Assembly (NCBI GenBank): GCA_951406725.2
Contig: OX597817.1
Location: forward strand, 65,844,001-65,908,000
Direction of reading: 5' to 3'
From: Octopus vulgaris
Taxonomy: Eukaryota
DNA length: 64,000 bases
Positions 12,837 through 22,862 of the stretch are shown piece by piece; position 1 is the first letter of the stretch; each line of letters starts with the position of its first letter. The position numbers were made by a program, and so were the translations under genes. The notes under the pieces are model-generated. The model saw nothing but the letters and a program-made list of their open reading frames with translations. It was not told the DNA's origin and made no database searches.

Positions 12837-12887
12837 CCGACGAGAATGCATCGTAGCTCTTCGCTTCGACATTCGAAACTCCGAGTA
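12837..12887 (+). ncRNA. Hammerhead-like motif (U4C variant); mirror copy at 11184-11234 (-)
   Basis: CCGACGA-GAATG...CATTC-GAAA-CTC-C-GAG-TA. Stems II and III pair; stem I is weak. Confidence 0.5.
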
Positions 12888-12974
12888 TTATAACTTACTA
12901 TTTGTTCTAAATTCTAACATATGTAAATAATCCTCTATTTAAATAATATGGAGGTCTTATTCTTTTGTTACCAC

Positions 12975-12992
12975 TTCTTGTTCTTCTTGTCT

Positions 12993-13030
<38 letters not shown>

Positions 13031-13051
13031 CTTGTTGTTGTTGTTGTTCCT

Positions 13052-13125
<74 letters not shown>
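12975..13125. repeat. Compound trinucleotide microsatellite (GTT)n(CTT)n(ATT)n
   Basis: Read directly from the sequence. Confidence 0.95.
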
Positions 13126-13128
<3 letters not shown>

Positions 13129-13674
13129 CATACACACATACATACATATATACGTATATATATATATTTATATAACATATAATACAATATAAATAATATA
13201 TAAATATATATATGCATATATACATACATTTATGTACATACCTACATATATATGTGTATATACATGCATATATGGACACAGGACATCAAAAAAAAGTTAA
13301 ACACAATGAGAAACGAAAACATAAAAACAACATGGAAACGAACATTTTTTCGGACAACGAAAAAAAAACCAGAGAAAAGAGACATACAACATAAAGAATA
13401 TTCCCCTTCTTCAATTGTGCCTGTTTCAACTACTCCACGTTACGAAGGCAAAGACAAGACGCAACTTCGTTGAAACAGTCCTTCCCGCAAAGCAAATTAA
13501 ATAAATTTGGGATTTTTTGCGGAGGGTGAAAGTGGTAACAAGAACTGGACAATGAGAACAAAACAGTAAAAGCAATAAAAAAGTAAAAACAGTAAAAGAC
13601 AGAACCATGAGAACAAAACAGTAACAACAAACGATGAGGGCTGTTAAGTCAAGACGATGGAAAAATTTCTCATG

Positions 13675-13730
13675 CTCGTATCACCGTGATTTCGAACTTT
13701 GAGAAATACTCTTTGTTCATCTTCAGCGAG
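13675..13730 (-). ncRNA. Hammerhead ribozyme (type I, intact core)
   Basis: Minus strand CTCG-CTGAAGA-T-GAAC(aaaGAGtatttCTCaaa)GTTC-GAAA-TCAC-G-GTGA-TA-CGAG. All three stems pair; AUA cleavage triplet. Confidence 0.85.
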
Positions 13731-14528
13731 TCTTACTGCCCCCGAGAGTATAGAGTTTAATCATTTCAACCAATGTGTACGATGACCATTTTTAATATCG
13801 CAGCAAATTAAAAAAAGGTGATCAAAGTGAATAAAAATTATTTGAATATAAATGAGGATATTATTGTTTATAATAATATCAGTTGGTTAGCATGCGTCAA
13901 AACCCATAACGGTAAAAAAAAAATTATCAACTAATAATTACGGTATGTTTGACCTTTTTAATTTTCGATTATTTTCGTCATTGGTACAGGATTTTAGGAT
14001 GTTTATTCCTTTGCCCACTTTCACCTTTGTGTTTAAGAGAAAATTTATGGTTTGGTCATTTTGACAGCTATATTTAACATTCCGGTACTACCTGTTAGTA
14101 CTCTTAATTATTACTTGATGATTTTTACTATTGTGGGTTTTTTAGGCATATTAAACCACTGATATTATTATAAACAACAATATCCTCATATATATCTAAA
14201 TAGTTTTTATTCTCTTCGATCACCTTTTTTAAATTAACTGCGGCATTAAAAACGGTCATCATGCACATTGGTTGAGATGAATAAACTCTATAACCCTGGA
14301 GTCAGTAAGACTCGCTGAAGATGAACTAAGAGTATTTCTCAAAATTTGAAATCATGGCGATACTTCTGACGTCTTCAATTTTCGATTATTTTCGTCATTG
14401 GTACGGAGTCTTAGGATTTTTATTCATTTTCCCACTTTCAGCATTGTGTTTAAGCGAAAACTTGTTTGGTCATTTTGACTACTATATTTAAACATTCCGG
14501 TACTGCTTGTTAGTACTCTTAATTATTA

Positions 14529-14529
<1 letters not shown>
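13675..14529. mobile_element. Non-coding inverted plus partial-tandem unit (A'-B-A-B), PLE pLTR-like
   Basis: 13678-13940 is inverted to 14104-14363; 13945-14112 is directly repeated at 14365-14529; ends at (TA)n. Confidence 0.8.
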
Positions 14530-14582
<53 letters not shown>

Positions 14583-15488
14583 TTACGTTCTTATACACAT
14601 CCTTTAATATCTTATACCTGGACCTAGAGGCGTGGGTATATACGTGTGTGTATGTAGTGATGGGCGCGCGTATATACATGTGACCGTGTACGCGCGTAAT
14701 GTCCGTGTATATATGCGGATATTCTGGTGTATGTATGTGTGTGTGCGCGCGTGCGTGTGGGTGCGTGTGTGTTTATGTACGTGTTTACACGCGAGTGCGT
14801 GTGCATGCTTATATGCTTGGAGGCGTATATGTACGCGTGTATGTGGGTGTATGTATCCATGATGATATGTATATACTAGAAGTCCATTTAATTCAAGGAA
14901 CCAGATTAAATGCTCATCAGCTCTGATTTACAACGCATTAAGTCCCCAGACGAAACTGTTGATTTACTGTTGATTTACTGACAATTCTACAACTAAACTT
15001 TATCAATCTCCTGACCACCATGCTTGGTCCGTAACCTCTATACACTCCTTATCTTTACATTCTTTTACACTTTTATCATGGTCTTATCAGATTTTTTTAC
15101 TTTTATTTCTATTTCTATTTTTACTTTATAACCTTATGCCTTTACATTTATTTACATTTCTTTATATTTCTCTATACCCCCTTTACATCTCCTTACAACT
15201 CTTTATATCTTTATCCTCTACATTTTTATATTATTCTATACTTACACTTTTTATACACTTTTTATCCCTCGTCCCGAACTCTCGCCCCTCCATCTTCACC
15301 TCTATATATGTATTTATTTATTTACATTACCTCAACATCCAATTTTCCTCATTCTACATTGAGAGAAGAAAGAGATGGACGCTTCAATTCTATGCTGCTG
15401 CCGCATTATGTCGTACGTGAATGAGAGGATTTGCATCCCCAACCAAGAATTTTTGATGTAACACATGTCCTTGCGGAAGCTGTTGTGC

Positions 15489-15566
15489 GCGGCTGAAGAA
15501 GGCCACAGACATACATTATGCATTGTTATAAATCTGTCTAATAAAGGCCCGAAACATATGTACCGC
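15489..15566 (+). ncRNA. Hammerhead ribozyme (type I, intact core)
   Basis: GCGG-CTGAAGA-AGGCC...GGCCC-GAAA-CATATG-TA-CCGC. Palindromic stem III ACATATGT and GUA triplet. Confidence 0.85.
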
Positions 15567-15604
15567 TGAATCCTTCGCATCATGTTTTTATTTTATTTTG
15601 ATCA

Positions 15605-15664
<60 letters not shown>

Positions 15665-15991
15665 TCATATATATACATATATGTATAAAAATATCTATAT
15701 ATGTTTGCGAGTGTGTGTTTGCCTCTAAATATATGCAGATATATGTGTGTATGTATATATACATCTGTATGTGTCTTGCCAAGTTGTGTTTATCTGCATT
15801 ACTACCTCCATATCACCTCGTTTTTAGATTTCTCTTATAGCCACTCTCAACGCCGTGGGCCTTGCCCTGGATGAAGAACTCAGGGTTTAAGTTGAATTTC
15901 ATTTGGGCAACGCTGCGTGTTTTCTATACTGACCATGCCTAGCTCTACCTACTGCCTGCATATGCGTGTGCGTATGTGTATGACTGTGTGC

Positions 15992-16042
<51 letters not shown>

Positions 16043-16269
16043 ATCATCAATCTACTTACCATATTCCAATAATATCCATCAAAGTGATCACTTCCAAAGT
16101 AATATTGTTACTGACCCAGTCATCTCTGCCAAAACAGAACTGTCTGACAAACCTTTTGGGAAAATTTCCCATAAAGACAGATTTTTCAAGAAAGTTTCCC
16201 ATCAATCGATCTGATAAATTGTTGTTCGTAGCTTTCTGTAGATGCTACTGTTGTTGTTGTTGCTGCTGC

Positions 16270-16324
<55 letters not shown>

Positions 16325-16807
16325 CTTATTGTTACTACTGCTACTGCTGCTACTGCTTTATGGAGGTGGGGACTTTTTCCCCATCAGTGAAACAACAGAC
16401 TAACAGTCAGACAACACAGTATTGAAATCTACGTGATAAATTGTTTTGAACAGCAGCAGCAAAGAAACAGCAAACCGCAACAACAGCAGCAACAACAATA
16501 TCATATCTTCAGTATTTATTGTTTTTCTTGTTCTTGTTCGTGTTTTGACTCGACTCATTTTGGCTGTGTCTAAGCAGAACTATGATCAAAGGCTTTCCAC
16601 TCATGACCGTCCTGTTTATTCAGTTATATTTAAAAGGAAAAAGAAAAGAAGGTAAGGTTCGTTATTTGAAGTAAATTTGGCAGATCATAAATTTAGAAAG
16701 TATTTGAATTATAATATCTATGGTCGGGGGTATAATTTGGGGGAGATTTTGGCTGCAATGTTTAGAAGTTCATTAGACCAGGTGGAGCCTGTCTTGTTTG
16801 TATAAAG

Positions 16808-17034
16808 GGTAAAGACCCCCTTCGGTCATGAATGACTATGGGATTGCACCTAGAAAGTTACCCTCCTAGACGCAAGTCCGGGAAAGGTTGTTTATGGAAG
16901 ACCAGCAGTCGCCTATGCATACCAGCCTTCCCTCTCCACGCCACCAGTGTTATCCAAGGGAAAGACGTCGCAACTCATTTCTACAGCTGAGTGAACTGGA
17001 GCAACGTGAAATAAAGTGCCTTGCTCAAGAACAC
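16808..17034 (-). mobile_element. SINE family C (CORE-like), head missing
   Basis: Matches the 41405-41650 part of the complete copy. Confidence 0.8.
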
Positions 17035-17493
17035 TAAAAGTTATTACAAAAGGAGTGGAGAAGGAAGAGGAAGAATTTAGAGTGGTAGTGGTTGTCGTGT
17101 TGTTTATATTGTTGTTGCTGTTGTTGTTGGTGGTGGTGCTGCTGCTGCTCCTGGTGCTCGTGCTCATGCTCGTGTCGAAAGAAAATCTATAGCGACATCA
17201 TGAACCCCACAACCAGCAGAAAGCAGAGAACTTCAAGCCAGCCTTAACGAGAGATGCGGATTGGGGAGCTTTATTAGGTCACACAATCTGCATTAAAATA
17301 GTCCCCCAACTCTCCCTCAAAATTACAGCCCTATCATTTTACCAGAAAGGATACAGTGAATTGTGTAGCTCTACATATATTATGCCTGAAAATAAGATGA
17401 GATGATCATGGCTGAAAGGTTCACTCGATTGGAAGAGAGCAAGAGGAAAACAATAACGATGTAGTTATAGGAACTCTTAAAAAAAAACAAACA

Positions 17494-17904
17494 GGCGCAG
17501 GAGTGGCTGTGTAGTAAGTAGCTTGCTTACCAACCACATGGTTCCGGGCTCATTCCCACTGCGTGGCACCTTGGGCAAGTGTCTTCTATTATAGCCTCGG
17601 GCCGACCAAAACCTTGTGAGTGGATTTGGTAGACGGAAACTGGAAGAAGCCCGTCGTATATATGTATATATATGTATGTGTGTATATGTTTGTGTCTGTG
17701 TTTGTTCCACCCACCCACCATTGCTTGACAACCGATGCTGGTGGTTTACGTCCCCGTAACTTAGCGGTTCAGCAAAAGAGACTGATAGAATAAGTACTAG
17801 GCTTACAAAGAATAAGTCCTAGGGTCGATTTACTCGACTAGAAGGTGGTGCTCCAGCATGGCCGCAGTCAAATGACTGAAACAAGTAAAAGGGAGTAAAG
17901 AGAA
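17494..17904 (+). mobile_element. tRNA-derived SINE, family A (full length)
   Basis: Pol III A-box-like TGGCTGTGTAG and B-box-like GGCTCATTCCC, internal microsatellite and (GTAAAAGA)-type tail. Closely similar to 43134-43558. Confidence 0.9.
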
Positions 17905-18198
17905 TAGTCATAGATGAAGTATCTTTTACACTAGGCTTCTTCAATCAGATCTGACTTGAGGTTAATCAGCAACGACAGTGTTAATAACATCAAGAACAGT
18001 AACAACGATAACAACAGAAACAGTAACTAGTAGTGATCAAACGAAAGACATTCTAAGCTGTCACTTATCCTGCTGGAAATAGCTGCCAAATCTCCTTCAA
18101 CTCTCATTATGTTAGCTTGAAAATATAGATAGATACATTTAATAAAGTGAAGCAGGACATAAAAACATAAATGAACTACAACTGCAACACCCACAATG

Positions 18199-18660
18199 TG
18201 GAGGCGCAATGATCCAGTGGTTAGGGCAGCGGACTCGCGGTTGTAAGAACGCGGTTTCGATTCCCGGTCCGGGCATTGTGATTGTTTAATGAGCAAAAAC
18301 ACCTAAGCTCCACGAGGCTCCGGCGGGGTGTGGTGGTGAAGCCCGCTATATTCTTTCACCACAACTTTCTCTCACTCTTTCTTCCTACTTCTGCCACAAA
18401 GCAGAGGAACCATGGTGTGGTAAACTTTCGGACACTAGTCTAGATTGCGAATCCTCTGCATCCCACGATGGTTCAGCTCTCCACCCGTTAAAAGCCACCG
18501 TTTACGGAATGAGGATAACAACGTAGCTCTCGCGCCCATGCAACCGCCGGCCTATCGCGTGTGGTAGGCAAATTTTCATGTTGCCACACGCATTCTTAGT
18601 AGCTTAGAGTAGGCTCGAATTAGAGATTATTGTTGTGGCTAATGGCGTGAGTCCTGATTG
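18199..18660 (+). mobile_element. tRNA-derived SINE, family B head with a distinct tail ending in (GAA)n
   Basis: 18199-18390 matches 60234-60425; the downstream part differs. Confidence 0.8.
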
Positions 18661-18828
18661 GAAGAAGAAGAAGAAGAAGAAGAAGAAGAAGAAGAAGAAG
18701 AAGAAGAAGAAGAAGAAGAAGAAGAAGAAGAAGAAGAAGAAGAAGAAGAAGAAGAAGAAGAAGAAGAAGAAGAAGAAGAAGAAGAAGAAGAAGAAGAAGA
18801 AGAAGAAGAAGAAGAAGAAGAAGAAGAA
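18661..18828. repeat. (GAA)n microsatellite
   Basis: Perfect run of about 56 units. Confidence 0.98.
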
Positions 18829-19179
18829 GGACAATGACAAATTAAGAGGATAAGTAGCAACCAACAACAACAATAGCATATTTAAGTCAACGTCAATTAC
18901 GACAATTTCTGGCAAAACAACAATGGTAGAAATAGAGTTTAAAGAAAATTTCAACTGTGTCTATTTTATTTTTGACCTCGCAGGTTGACAGACGGTACAG
19001 AGGCTTCCTCGATCGCTTGAACCATTTTTAAGTCGGTAGATTCCTGATGGTGCTCCAAGTTTTCCCATCATGACTTTTAAGTTTCGAGACACTCTTTGCA
19101 ACAATAATGCGATGTGTGTGTATGTATGTGCGCGTGTGTGTGAGGTGTGTGTATGTATGTATGTATGTATGTATGTATG

Positions 19180-19210
<31 letters not shown>

Positions 19211-19249
19211 GTATTTATGTATGTATGTGTATGTGCAGATTTGTATGTT

Positions 19250-19785
19250 TTGTTTTATGTATGCATTCTCATGCATACAGCTGATAAACTTCTGGAAAGT
19301 TTCACAGATTTTTACAGTTCCTGTGATGGCTTGAATCTGTAGTCTTCGAATCAGCATTCTCATTTCTGCATTTGAGAAGCGTAATTCTCAAGATTGATAT
19401 TTAGGCAGTGTGTTACATACCCCAATAATGTATGTATGCATGTATGTATGTATGTCATTGTTCAGTTTTATTTCAAGATTTCTTGTCAATAGAGAAAGAG
19501 CCGGTTTCTAACCTAAAGTCAAGACTCCTTCGTTGGAATTTCAATATCAACAATAGGGTATTTTTATTTATTTGTATGTATGTATGTATGTCTGTATATG
19601 TGCAGATTTGTATGTTTTTTTTTATGTATGTATTCTCATGTATGTTTTGTTTTATGTATGTATTCTCAGTTGCATATCTAGGTATGCTCATATATATTTA
19701 CATAATAAACTGCTAGAAAGTTTTACAGATTTTTACAGTTCCAGTGATGGATTGGATCTGTAGTCTTCGAATTCGCTTTCTCCTG
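19250..19785 (-). mobile_element. Two 3'-end fragments of an RLE-type (R4/CRE-like) LINE in (TACA)n
   Basis: 19250-19428 and about 19690-19785 read ..RMLIRRLQIQAITGTVKIC.TFQKF, similar to the LQK..LLGT..I C-terminus of restriction-like-endonuclease LINEs. Confidence 0.55.
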
Positions 19786-20067
19786 TATGTATGTATGTAT
19801 GTATGTATGTATGTATGTATGTATGTATGTATGTATGTATGTATGTATGTATGCAATAGGAAGTGAAGAAACCTTAGCTCTCTTTAGAACCTCCTTGTAT
19901 AAAAAAAACCTGAAGTACATTTGGTTTCTTATCCTCAACTTCTGTTGTGTCACTGGTGTTATAGCTGTGGGTTCAAAAAAATTCACGCATTGGAACCTCT
20001 TGGACTATTGGACTCTAAGAAGTGGTCTTACTTGCTCACGAGTCGACTTTCACCGTGTGCGCGCGCG

Positions 20068-20100
<33 letters not shown>

Positions 20101-20597
20101 AAATATGCGTTTGCATGTTTGCATTCTGTATTGAAAACACGACTGTGTTCTAGTTTTTTCTTTTTATCAAGTTTAACTTATTTTCATATTTCCGAATGAG
20201 AACCTTGAAATTTGTTTGGAACAGTAATGTTCCTAAATCTACCCTTAAAGTTTATAGACATGCACCGTCACATCTTCAGGATGAAGTGTTGCTGGAAGTT
20301 GTAACAGAGAGATAAATGTGAGGAGCCATTACCGCTGAATATTTGAATTTTTGACTGTTACATTTGTACGTTATATATGCCGCGCCTAGTATAAAAGGCA
20401 AGATATTTTTATATGATTTTCCTGTATACATGTGTGTATGTATATATGTGTGTTTGTATATATGTATGTATGTATGTAATTACAAATATATATCACAACA
20501 TTTTACTAAATATAGATAGATCGACAAATAATAGATAGACAGAGAGAGAGAGTGTGTGAGAGACCGACAGACAGACAGAGAGACAGACAGACAGAAG

Positions 20598-20684
<87 letters not shown>

Positions 20685-20740
20685 GGATGGATGGCCACAT
20701 GTGTGGATAGCTAACTAGGTAGAGAGAGAGATTGATTGAT

Positions 20741-21067
20741 TTTATTTTGGTCGAATCAGTTCCTTGCTCCTCTGTGTTCCATCTGCAGATGCACAGAATC
20801 ATCAAGCAAGTTATGACTGAAAATTTATGGGATTTTCACAAGGTACTGTGATGAAAAGAAAGTATGACAAGGAGAAGATAATCCTTCTTCACTTTCTTTT
20901 TTTCCTTGATTTTATCTCCTTTATATTTTCTCTCCTCAACTACGCGCTCTGATGAGAAAACTATATATAGTGAAATCCCATCATTTTCTAGTCATAACTT
21001 GCTTGAAGATCCTATGAACCTACAGGTAAAATTCAGAGCAGTGAGAAACTGACTCGACCCAAATAAA
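20741..21067. repeat. Diverged inverted repeat (20741-20839 / 20970-21067)
   Basis: CAAGCAAGTTATGACT..ATGGGATTTTCAC versus GTGAAATCCCAT..AGTCATAACTTGCTTG. Confidence 0.8.
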
Positions 21068-21181
21068 TTACACTAATCAGTACTATCAGACTAAATACCT
21101 CTCGTTTTCGACGTTTAACACTAAACGGATGTGTGTATGTGTATTTCTGTGCGCGTATGCGCGTACGTACGCGGGCTTATA

Positions 21182-21212
<31 letters not shown>

Positions 21213-22086
21213 ACGTATGTATGTAGTAATCAGATGACGATTCATTCCGCTTATATCTTCAAGCTTCACGCGTTCTTTTAGCCAATAGAATATTAACTAC
21301 TCTCTAAACGAAAAGTATGTATGTATATATATATACATATATACAGACGCGCGCACACACACACACATACACACACACATATATACTCTACCTCCGGTAT
21401 TTGAGTACTCTTTTTCCACCTTGTTTCACATTTATGTGCTTACTCTGGCATGTGTGTGTGTGTAATCGATATTTTCTCTGTATCATCATTATGACATTTT
21501 GCCAGAGTAACAGAAAGGAAAGAAGGAGTTTAAAGTAGACAAAACTCTGTAGAAATTAGGGAAGAAGATGGATAAAGTGGGAAGACGATGACTGAGTTGA
21601 CATTTTGTGATTTTAAGCAAATTCTAAAGATTTCACTAAAATTCTAATGCTAAGTTCAGTCGATTTTGCTAGACGCAATATAAAATCAAAAAGGAAAACT
21701 TCAATCATTACTAATTGTGACTGAGGGTGCGGAAGTGTCTATATTGCACGATTGTCATGGTTTCGCATTTAGCACCAAAAACACACTTGATTCTCCTCAA
21801 TCAAGTCTACTAGTGACTTTCAACCAATGCCTGTGTTCGTTTCGGTGCCCAAGCTGCACTGAGAAAAACGAATCAAGTGAATACAATTTGTTTTACAAAA
21901 ATAAGTAAAGAACATTAATACTCATAAGATCTATTAAAGTGGCCACAAGCTAAAACCGTACAGGCAAAATAGAAATATATAAAAGAAATATATGTAGTAA
22001 GGGCGAATTTTTAAAGACACCAGGACGCCATGATAGATCGTTAGCTACTACACGTATTTTTTTCTCTCCTTGTTTTTTTCTGTGTA

Positions 22087-22124
22087 TCTTTCTGTCGAAG
22101 AGCGTAGGCTCGAAACGTAAAAGA
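22087..22124 (+). ncRNA. Minimal hammerhead motif (A6U variant)
   Basis: TCTTT-CTGTCGA-A-GAGC-GTAG-GCTC-GAAACGTA-AAAGA; 5-bp stem I. Confidence 0.6.
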
Positions 22125-22224
22125 CTTTTTCTATTCTTGAGCGCTATACTAATACATTTGTTTGTTTGTACTCCACCTGCCTTCGTCCTTTGTTTATTTT
22201 CGTAAACTTTCCCTTTATATATAT

Positions 22225-22490
22225 ATATAATATAAATATATGCATATATACATACAAATATGTACATACTTACATATATATGTATATATAGATGCATATA
22301 TGGGTACAGGACATCAAAAAACGTTGAACACAATGAGAAACGAAACATTTTGTTTTTATGTTTTCGTTTCTCATTGTGTTCAACGTTTCTTTTGATGTCC
22401 TGTACCCATATATGCATGTATATATACATATATATGTAGATATGTACATATATGTATGTTTTTATATGCATATATTTATATATTATTTAT
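22225..22490. repeat. Fold-back palindrome (arms about 120 bp)
   Basis: ATGCATATATGGGTACAGGACATCAAAA..CGTTGAACACAATGAGAAACGAAA versus its reverse complement from about 22358. The arm is homologous to 13210-13330. Confidence 0.9.
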
Positions 22491-22532
22491 ATTATTATAT
22501 GATCGAACACCACGCATCCTTTTCCAAGTAAG

Positions 22533-22581
<49 letters not shown>

Positions 22582-22617
22582 TAATTGAGATTCTCTTGGG
22601 AATTCTCTGATATTTTT

Positions 22618-22701
22618 TCGGCTGACGAGTACGAGCCATCTGTATTCACTGCATTTTTTGTAGCTTATTAAAGATGTCCTCGTACGAAACGATCGTACCG
22701 A
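22618..22701 (+). ncRNA. Hammerhead ribozyme (type I, fully canonical)
   Basis: TCGG-CTGACGA-GTACGAG...CTCGTAC-GAAA-CGATCG-TA-CCGA. 7-bp stem II, palindromic stem III ACGATCGT, predicted cleavage after A22697. Confidence 0.92.
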
Positions 22702-22726
22702 GATTTTAATCCATTCTTGTTGCTTT

Positions 22727-22769
<43 letters not shown>

Positions 22770-22784
22770 CAGAGGCTGTAGTAG

Positions 22785-22862
22785 AAGACACTTGGCCAAG
22801 TTGTCGCGCAATGAGACTGAACCATGTGGTTGGAAAGCAAGCTTCTTACCACACAGCCACGC
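22785..22862 (-). mobile_element. SINE family A head fragment
   Basis: AGAAGACACTTG..ACTGAACC..ATGTGGTTGG..AAGCAAGCTTCTTACCACACAGCCAC. Confidence 0.7.

Noticed and set aside
14870-14926. ILEVHLIQGTRLN as a GIY-YIG C-terminus
   Set aside because: Too short, upstream sequence is microsatellite, and the same bases form a hairpin better read as a ribozyme relic.
17494-17575. tRNA genes at SINE heads (also 18199, 41660, 43134, 51328, 60234)
   Set aside because: A and B boxes are present, but there is no complete cloverleaf and each continues into a SINE body.
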